41,834 nucleotides of DNA from Pararcticibacter sp. (GTDB taxonomy: Bacteria > Bacteroidota > Bacteroidia > Sphingobacteriales > Sphingobacteriaceae), in assembly GCA_052039655.1 (NCBI GenBank), contig JBQGEO010000191.1, positions 1-41,834 of the forward strand, in the 5' to 3' direction. Below are positions 35,853 to 41,834 of this stretch, one piece after another (positions within the stretch are counted from its first letter, which is position 1; every line of letters begins with the position of its first letter). The notes below the pieces were generated by a model, which saw nothing but the letters and a program-made list of their open reading frames with translations, was not told the DNA's origin and did no database searches. Made by a program: the position numbers and the translations under genes.

Positions 35853-37106
35853 ATGCCCTATTTATTCACATCAGAATCAGTTTCTGAAGGACATCCCGAT
35901 AAAGTTGCTGATCAGATATCAGACGCTCTGATTGATAATTTCCTTGCATGGGATCCCGACTCGAAAGTCGCATGTGAGACCCTGGTAACTACCGGACAGG
36001 TTATCCTTGCCGGAGAAGTTAAATCTACTACCTATCTGGATGTTCAGAAAATAACCAGAGACGTAATCCGTAAGATCGGATATACAAAGTCTGAATATAT
36101 GTTCGAGGCCAATTCCTGCGGGATCCTGTCTGCCATCCACGAACAGTCAGCAGATATAAACCAGGGGGTCGACAGGAAAGAAAAACAGGAACAGGGCGCC
36201 GGAGATCAGGGAATGATGTTTGGTTATGCCACCAATGAAACTGATAATTATATGCCCCTTGCCCTCGATCTTGCACATAAGATCCTGATCGAACTTGCAA
36301 ACCTGAGGCGCGAAGGAAATGAAATCGGATACCTTCGCCCGGATGCCAAATCTCAGGTCACAATTGAGTATAGTGACGATCATAAGCCTGTCAGGATTGA
36401 TGCCATCGTAGTTTCCACCCAGCACGACGAATTTGCAGGGGAGCAGGAGATGCAGGCAAAGATCAGGGAAGACATTATTAATATTTTGATCCCCCGGGTA
36501 AAAAACAGCCTCAGGCCCGAACTTCAGCAGTTATTCAGCGAGGATATCAAATATCATATCAACCCGACCGGAAAATTCGTGATCGGTGGTCCTCACGGCG
36601 ACACCGGCCTTACCGGACGGAAGATCATCGTCGACACGTATGGGGGCAAAGGCGCACATGGTGGCGGGGCTTTCTCAGGTAAAGATCCATCTAAAGTTGA
36701 CCGCTCTGCCGCTTACGCAACCAGGCACATTGCCAAAAATCTTGTTGCTGCCGGGGTTTGTGATGAAGTGCTGGTACAAGTCTCTTACGCCATCGGGGTA
36801 AAAGACCCGATGGGAATTTACGTAAATACTTACGGCACATCGAAGACTGCCCTTTCAGACGGCGAGATCGCCGGGAAGATCACTGAGATCTTTGACATGA
36901 CCCCTTATGGAATAGAAAGCCGCCTGAAGCTCAGAAACCCGATCTATTCTGAAACAGCCGCTTACGGACATATGGGTCGTGAAGCACAAACAGTTGTGAA
37001 GGAATTCGAAGGAGCAAACGGCGATAAGAAAAAAGTAGAGGTCGAACTCTTCACATGGGAGAAACTTGACTATGTCGATAAAGTAAAAGCGTCCTTTGGT
37101 ATTTAA
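35853..37106 (+). CDS. metK: S-adenosylmethionine synthetase
   Basis: [19 protein letters not shown] and [16 protein letters not shown]. Confidence 0.98.
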   Translation: MPYLFTSESVSEGHPDKVADQISDALIDNFLAWDPDSKVACETLVTTGQVILAGEVKSTTYLDVQKITRDVIRKIGYTKSEYMFEANSCGILSAIHEQSADINQGVDRKEKQEQGAGDQGMMFGYATNETDNYMPLALDLAHKILIELANLRREGNEIGYLRPDAKSQVTIEYSDDHKPVRIDAIVVSTQHDEFAGEQEMQAKIREDIINILIPRVKNSLRPELQQLFSEDIKYHINPTGKFVIGGPHGDTGLTGRKIIVDTYGGKGAHGGGAFSGKDPSKVDRSAAYATRHIAKNLVAAGVCDEVLVQVSYAIGVKDPMGIYVNTYGTSKTALSDGEIAGKITEIFDMTPYGIESRLKLRNPIYSETAAYGHMGREAQTVVKEFEGANGDKKKVEVELFTWEKLDYVDKVKASFGI

Positions 37107-37120
37107 TTCCATGACGATAA

Positions 37121-37157
37121 AAGAAAGCCTTCTGATCACCGGAAGGCTTTCTTATTT
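37121..37157 (+). terminator. Intrinsic terminator after metK
   Basis: AAGAAAGCCTTCT-N7-GGAAGGCTTTCTT followed by ATTT. Confidence 0.8.
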
Positions 37158-37193
37158 AACAACAATGTAATAACGATCCCTGAGTTTTTTATA

Positions 37194-37745
37194 ATGACCG
37201 ACGAAGCACACAACCCCTGGCAGATCTTGTCAGAAACTGAAGTTTACAACAATCCATGGATAAAAGTTACGGAATACAACGTGATCAATCCCTCAGGAGG
37301 CCGGGGCATTTATGGAAAAGTGCACTTTAAAAACCTCGCCATCGGGATAATTGCCCTGGATGAGCAATTGAACATCTGGCTGGTAGGCCAGTACCGGTTC
37401 CCGCTTAACCAGTTTAGCTGGGAAATCCCTGAAGGCGGCGGGCCTCACGGCATTGATCCGCTCGAGTCAGCAAAGAGGGAGCTGCTGGAGGAAACAGGAC
37501 TTACAGCCAAAGACTGGACAGAGCTTCAGCATATCCACCTTTCCAACTCTGTCAGCGACGAATACGGCATTATTTATCTGGCAAGGGATCTCGCAGAAGG
37601 AGAATCCTCACCTGAAGAAACAGAGCAGCTTCATATCAGGAAAGTAGCTTTTGAAGAAGCATATCAGATGGTCCTGAATAATCAGATCACCGATTCGCTC
37701 AGCGTAGCCGCAATACTCAGGGTAAAACTTATGCTTCAGGGATAA
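37194..37745 (+). CDS. Nudix hydrolase (ADP-ribose pyrophosphatase-like)
   Basis: Nudix box GGGPHGIDPLESAKRELLEETGL, preceded by QYRFP...WEIPEG. Confidence 0.9.
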   Translation: MTDEAHNPWQILSETEVYNNPWIKVTEYNVINPSGGRGIYGKVHFKNLAIGIIALDEQLNIWLVGQYRFPLNQFSWEIPEGGGPHGIDPLESAKRELLEETGLTAKDWTELQHIHLSNSVSDEYGIIYLARDLAEGESSPEETEQLHIRKVAFEEAYQMVLNNQITDSLSVAAILRVKLMLQG

Positions 37746-37825
37746 AGCCCCCGCATATAGATCCCCATCAGAAAACGTTTTACAGATGAAAAATTTGATA
37801 TAAATTAGCGGCTTTCAGGTGATAA

Positions 37826-38560
37826 ATGAATAAGTTCCTCGGTTACATCTTTTCGCCCATTCATTATCTTTTGTTTGGGCTCCTGCTGGTAATATTTCAC
37901 CCCATCCAATGGCTGAGCCTGAAACTCGGTGGATATAAAGCGCATAAATCTTCTGTAGAGATTTTAAATTACCTGCTGATTGGAACCTATTATGTCATGG
38001 GAGGCAGGGTAAGGTTCATCAATAAATACGACTTGCCTGTCGGCCGGCCGATCATCTTCATTGCCAATCATCAGAGTATGTACGATATCACGCCGATGAT
38101 CTGGTACCTCAGGCGCTATCAACCCAAGTTCGTGTCAAAGATCGAACTCACCAGGGGGATTCCGAGTATTTCTTTCAACCTGAAACATGGAGGTGCGGCA
38201 AATATAGACCGCAAAGACCCCAAACAGTCCATCACCGAAATCCTAAAGCTTGCTCAGAGAATGAGGGATAATAACTGGTCGGCTGCTATATTTCCCGAAG
38301 GAACACGCTCCCGCGACGGAAAAATGAAGCCATTTGCGGCAGGAGGAGTGAATACCCTGATCAAGAAGGTTCCCGGCGCGCTGGTAGTCCCCGTAGCAAT
38401 AACCGGATCATGGAAGTTTACCCGCTTCGGGACATTTCCTTTAAGCTTCGGAGAAAAAATGACATGGAAGGTTCTTCAGCCAATCGAGCCGTCGGGCAAA
38501 ACCCCGGAGGAAATCATTTCTGAAGCAGAGAATGCTATAAAAAGCGAGGTGGAGGCCTGA
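37826..38560 (+). CDS. plsC: 1-acyl-sn-glycerol-3-phosphate acyltransferase family protein
   Basis: NHQSMYD (HX4D), IDR and FPEGTRS. Confidence 0.85.
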   Translation: MNKFLGYIFSPIHYLLFGLLLVIFHPIQWLSLKLGGYKAHKSSVEILNYLLIGTYYVMGGRVRFINKYDLPVGRPIIFIANHQSMYDITPMIWYLRRYQPKFVSKIELTRGIPSISFNLKHGGAANIDRKDPKQSITEILKLAQRMRDNNWSAAIFPEGTRSRDGKMKPFAAGGVNTLIKKVPGALVVPVAITGSWKFTRFGTFPLSFGEKMTWKVLQPIEPSGKTPEEIISEAENAIKSEVEA

Positions 38561-38567
38561 TAAGGCC

Positions 38568-39293
38568 TTAGATATTCCGGTCCTCGATCTTTTTAAAGAA
38601 GCTATCGCGGTAAGTATCGCCTATCGGTATAATCTTATCTCCTATCTGGATCCTGCCCCTTTCTATGCTCTCGATTTTATCAATCGATACGATAAACGAC
38701 TTGTGAACCCTTGCAAAACGCTGATTGGGCAGAACCTCCTCAAGTTTCTTCATGTGCTGAAGGGTGATGACCCTTTCAACAGGTGTGAAAATAGAAACAT
38801 AATCCTTTAAGCCCTCAATGTACAGGATGTCATGAATATAGATCTTCTGGATCCTGTGTTCTGTTTTGACAAAAATAAAATCAGGAGCAGTCGAGGCAGA
38901 CCTTTCAGGAGCCTGGGGCACAGAGGATGCAGGAGCGAGCTGCGACTGCACTTTCGAAACAGCTTTGTAAAAACGGTCAAAAGCAATTGGCTTCAGGAGG
39001 TAATCACAAACGTCCAGCTCATAGCCATCGAGGGCATATTGAGAATACGCGGTGGTCAGGATCACGCAACACTTCCCATTTATGATCTTCAGAAATTGAA
39101 TGCCGGTCAGCTCAGGCATCTGGACATCCAGGAATACCAGGTCTGCCGCATTATTCTGAACAAGAGACAATGCCTCAAAAGCACTTGTAGTTGCCTTTAC
39201 CAGCTCAAGAAAAGGAACTTTTTCAATATAATCCGTCAGGATATCAAGAGCCAGAGGTTCATCATCAACAACAAGACAACGTATCATAGTCAT
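38568..39293 (-). CDS. LytTR-family response regulator
   Basis: Receiver domain VVDDEPLA, FLDVQMPELTG, DYLLKP; LytTR domain ILYIEGLKDY, FARVHKSFIV. Confidence 0.94.
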   Translation of the reverse strand: MTMIRCLVVDDEPLALDILTDYIEKVPFLELVKATTSAFEALSLVQNNAADLVFLDVQMPELTGIQFLKIINGKCCVILTTAYSQYALDGYELDVCDYLLKPIAFDRFYKAVSKVQSQLAPASSVPQAPERSASTAPDFIFVKTEHRIQKIYIHDILYIEGLKDYVSIFTPVERVITLQHMKKLEEVLPNQRFARVHKSFIVSIDKIESIERGRIQIGDKIIPIGDTYRDSFFKKIEDRNI

Positions 39294-40307
39294 TTACAAT
39301 TCCAACACTAATTTACAACAGTAAAGCTCTCCCCGCTCGTCTATGTCAAGATTATATTTCCCGGGATATAGCAGATCCAGGCGACGCTTCACATTATTAA
39401 GTCCTATTCCGCTCGTCCGATCCTTGTTCATCCCGCTTTTATTATTCTTTACTGTAAAGATTATCCTTCCGTTCTGTATATCAATATCTATTATGATCGG
39501 AGAAGACGGATCCGAGGTAACGCCATGCTTAAATGCATTCTCAACAAAGGGGATCAGGATCAGAGGAACTATCGTTTGCTCTGTATCATTCCCTTTCACA
39601 GACATCCTGACGTTATCATCCGAGCGAAACCGTAATTTTTGCAGCTCTATATAATTCTCAAGATACCTGATCTCCTTCCACAGCTCCACCCGGGGTTCAT
39701 TGCTCTCCTGAAGCATATATCGCATAATCTCCGATAACTTGAGAATGGCCTCCGGAGTCCGTTCAGAATGCTGATAAGCCAGCGAATATATGTTATTTAA
39801 TGAGTTAAAAAGAAAATGGGGGTTAATCTGGGATCTGAGGAAGGCCAGTTCGGCAGTCAGCTTTTCATTTTCCAGATTTTTCCGGATCTTTTCATTCACA
39901 AACCAGTCAAGCGTAAACTTGGTAACCGTACTAAGTACAATGAAAAAAGTACCGGTGAAGAAAGCTCCGGTATAATACTCCCAGAAAGAAAGATAACCGC
40001 GCGGCTCCGTTTTACTCCTGAGCACTACGTCACCGAAGAGACTGGCAATACCATATTTGATGATCCCTGAAATCAATATCAGGAAGACAATGCTGAATGT
40101 ACACCCGAGATAGCGCCTGGTGTTTAAGAACTTGGGAAGGATGTAGAGATAATTAATGTAGAACAGGCATATATTGATCACCCCGAAGTAGATGTAAATA
40201 ATAACAGATTCTCTGAAGTTTCCACTCCTGCTCCCAATGCCGGCAAAAAGAAGAAGGATAGCGATCCAGACGATCGCGTGCAGAACGCCCGTTTTTAATT
40301 TACTCAT
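39294..40307 (-). CDS. LytS/YehU-type membrane sensor histidine kinase
   Basis: About four TM helices, then LRSQINPHFLFNSLNNIY, PFVENAFKHG and GIGLNNVKRRL. Confidence 0.93.
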   Translation of the reverse strand: MSKLKTGVLHAIVWIAILLLFAGIGSRSGNFRESVIIYIYFGVINICLFYINYLYILPKFLNTRRYLGCTFSIVFLILISGIIKYGIASLFGDVVLRSKTEPRGYLSFWEYYTGAFFTGTFFIVLSTVTKFTLDWFVNEKIRKNLENEKLTAELAFLRSQINPHFLFNSLNNIYSLAYQHSERTPEAILKLSEIMRYMLQESNEPRVELWKEIRYLENYIELQKLRFRSDDNVRMSVKGNDTEQTIVPLILIPFVENAFKHGVTSDPSSPIIIDIDIQNGRIIFTVKNNKSGMNKDRTSGIGLNNVKRRLDLLYPGKYNLDIDERGELYCCKLVLEL

Positions 40308-40425
40308 CAGCCTCTAAATTAAACAAAGACAAAGAAATAAAAATGTCCGTTAGACGAACGGACAGCTTTTATCTTCAAACGGCGGAAGAATCCCGCCCTG
40401 TTACGATAGTAAATGATAAGGCCGC

Positions 40426-40463
40426 AAAGAACGGCGTTAAGTCCTCACTGCGGACTCAACGCC
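40426..40463 (-). terminator. Stem-loop (probable terminator) after ackA
   Basis: Minus strand GGCGTTGAGTCC-GCAGTGA-GGACTTAACGCC (12 bp, one G-U pair) followed by GTTCTTT, a weak U-tract. Confidence 0.55.
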
Positions 40464-40475
40464 ATCCGGCAAATT

Positions 40476-41681
40476 TTATTCTCCGGTTTCCAGCAGTTCG
40501 AAGCACTCTTTTGCTATTTCAAGTTCTTCATTCGTAGGGATAACCAAAACCTTCACCCTTGATTCGGGGGTACTTACATCACGAACAACAGAAGCACGCA
40601 CCGCGTTCTTCTCTTTGTCCAGCTGAATTCCCGTGAAATCCATATTTTCACAAACCAGTTCTCTTATGTCATCAGCATTCTCACCCACACCTGCAGTAAA
40701 CACGATCGCATCGAGGCCGTTCAGCGCAGCAGCATAAGACCCGATATATTTCCTGATCCGGTAAACGTACATGTCGAGCGCCAGCTGTGCACTTTCGTCA
40801 CCTTCATGCACTGCCTTCAGTACATCTCTCATGTCGCTGTTTCCTGTAAGCCCCAGCATACCGCTGCGCTTATTAAATAATGTATCCACCTGCTCTATAT
40901 CATAACCCAGCTGAGACACAAGATAGAACACCACAGAGGAATCTATATTACCGCAGCGGGTACCCATGATCAGCCCGTCCAGCGGCCCCAGGCCCATGCT
41001 GGTATCGATACATTTCCCACCGTCCACGGCAGCCATGCTGCAGCCATTTCCAAGGTGGATCGTAATGATCTTGGCATCAGGTTTCTGAAGATGAGAAAGC
41101 GCCTGTTCTGTTACATATTTGTGGCTGGTTCCGTGGAAACCATATACACGGACTCCATGATCCTCATAAAACTTCGCAGGGATGGCGTAGCGATACGCTT
41201 TCGCAGGCATTGTCTGGTGAAATGCGGTGTCAAACACAACAATCTGAGTCGCCTGGCTGAATATTTTCTGAGCAACAGTAAGACCTACATAATGAGCGGG
41301 ATTGTGTAAGGGAGCCAAAGCAGAAAGCCTTTTAATTTCTTCCTTTACCTCGGGAGTAACGATCGTAGTAGTAGAAAAACTCTCTCCTCCGTGTACGATC
41401 CGGTGCCCTACAGCTTCTATTTCTGCAGGATCCTGGATCACTCCGATTTCAGGTGCAGTTAACAGATGGCCCACTTCCTGCATTCCAGCCTCATGATCCG
41501 GTAACTCAAGGGTTTTCTTAATCACTTTCTCTTCCCCTCCAAGGTAAACCTTATGGGTAATAGCCGACACTTCAAGGCCTATACGCTCCACCAGTCCCGA
41601 ACATATCGGAGATGTCGACGGCCATTTAAACAACTGATACTTAATCGAACTGCTCCCGCAGTTTACTACAAAAATATTCAT
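40476..41681 (-). CDS. ackA: Acetate kinase
   Basis: VVNCGSSSIKYQL, GHRIVHGG, APLHNP, YGFHGTSH, HLGNGCS, FTAGVGEN and PTNEEL. Confidence 0.97.
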   Translation of the reverse strand: MNIFVVNCGSSSIKYQLFKWPSTSPICSGLVERIGLEVSAITHKVYLGGEEKVIKKTLELPDHEAGMQEVGHLLTAPEIGVIQDPAEIEAVGHRIVHGGESFSTTTIVTPEVKEEIKRLSALAPLHNPAHYVGLTVAQKIFSQATQIVVFDTAFHQTMPAKAYRYAIPAKFYEDHGVRVYGFHGTSHKYVTEQALSHLQKPDAKIITIHLGNGCSMAAVDGGKCIDTSMGLGPLDGLIMGTRCGNIDSSVVFYLVSQLGYDIEQVDTLFNKRSGMLGLTGNSDMRDVLKAVHEGDESAQLALDMYVYRIRKYIGSYAAALNGLDAIVFTAGVGENADDIRELVCENMDFTGIQLDKEKNAVRASVVRDVSTPESRVKVLVIPTNEELEIAKECFELLETGE

Positions 41682-41713
41682 GCAAATAATATTCGTTTAC
41701 TTCCTTAAATTCT

Positions 41714-41750
41714 AAAACCAGCAAAGACGGAAAAATCCGTCTTGCTGGTT
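41714..41750 (-). terminator. Long hairpin in the pta-ackA spacer
   Basis: AACCAGCAA(A)GACGGA-AAAA-TCCGTCTTGCTGGTT: 15-bp stem with one bulge and a short T run on the minus strand. Confidence 0.55.
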
Positions 41751-41774
41751 CCTTTTTACTTTATTTATGACTAA

Positions 41775-41834
41775 TTAATTATTCTGACTCTGAATAGCGG
41801 TGATGATAACAGTATTAAAGATATCATCCACCGT
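41775..41834 (-). CDS. pta: Phosphate acetyltransferase, last 19 residues (gene continues beyond the window)
   Basis: Minus-strand translation TVDDIFNTVIITAIQSQNN* matches the Pta C-terminus; directly upstream of ackA. Not in the supplied ORF track. Confidence 0.85.
   Translation of the reverse strand, partial: TVDDIFNTVIITAIQSQNN

Noticed and set aside
35734-35931. 65-aa ORF as a possible metK leader peptide
   Set aside because: It starts at a TTG inside the riboswitch aptamer, overlaps metK out of frame and is not Met-rich; the RNA structure explains the region better.
40343-40537. 64-aa plus-strand ORF in the ackA-kinase spacer
   Set aside because: It overlaps the ackA 3' end and the hairpins in antisense and has no protein-like features.
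1-41834. CRISPR arrays, IS elements, prophage, tRNA/rRNA, defence systems
   Set aside because: No repeat-spacer periodicity, transposase, integrase or structural RNA gene was seen; nearly all sequence is explained by housekeeping CDSs.

Overview
A gene-dense chromosomal segment from a Bacteroidota bacterium, probably Sphingobacteriaceae. This is inferred from gldJ/porV, TAnnTTTG promoters, the short NuoG and the Bacteroidota-type TonB N-terminus. In order it carries: the 3' part of a pseudaminic-acid locus (pseC, SpsF-type cytidylyltransferase, PseG-GNAT fusion, pseI, flippase); typA; a small Cys-rich membrane protein; ispF-porV divergent from gldJ with no porU between them; dedA-ppa-CNNM-rsmE-DUF4159; a complete 14-gene nuoA-N operon with a 334-aa NuoG; a seven-gene exbB-exbD-exbD-tonB-small membrane protein-PstS-like lipoprotein-TPR operon; SUI1 and a lipid kinase; a SAM-II-type riboswitch with metK; a Nudix hydrolase; plsC; a LytS/LytTR pair; ackA; and the 3' end of pta. 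I saw no mobile elements, tRNA/rRNA genes or CRISPR arrays. Leads most worth following: the receptor-less TonB motor operon with its accessory lipoprotein and TPR protein, a nested anti-aptamer strand behind the SAM-II aptamer, and an operator/promoter/terminator cassette between nuoA and nuoB. All calls come from motif recognition by eye; no database searches or folding calculations were run.
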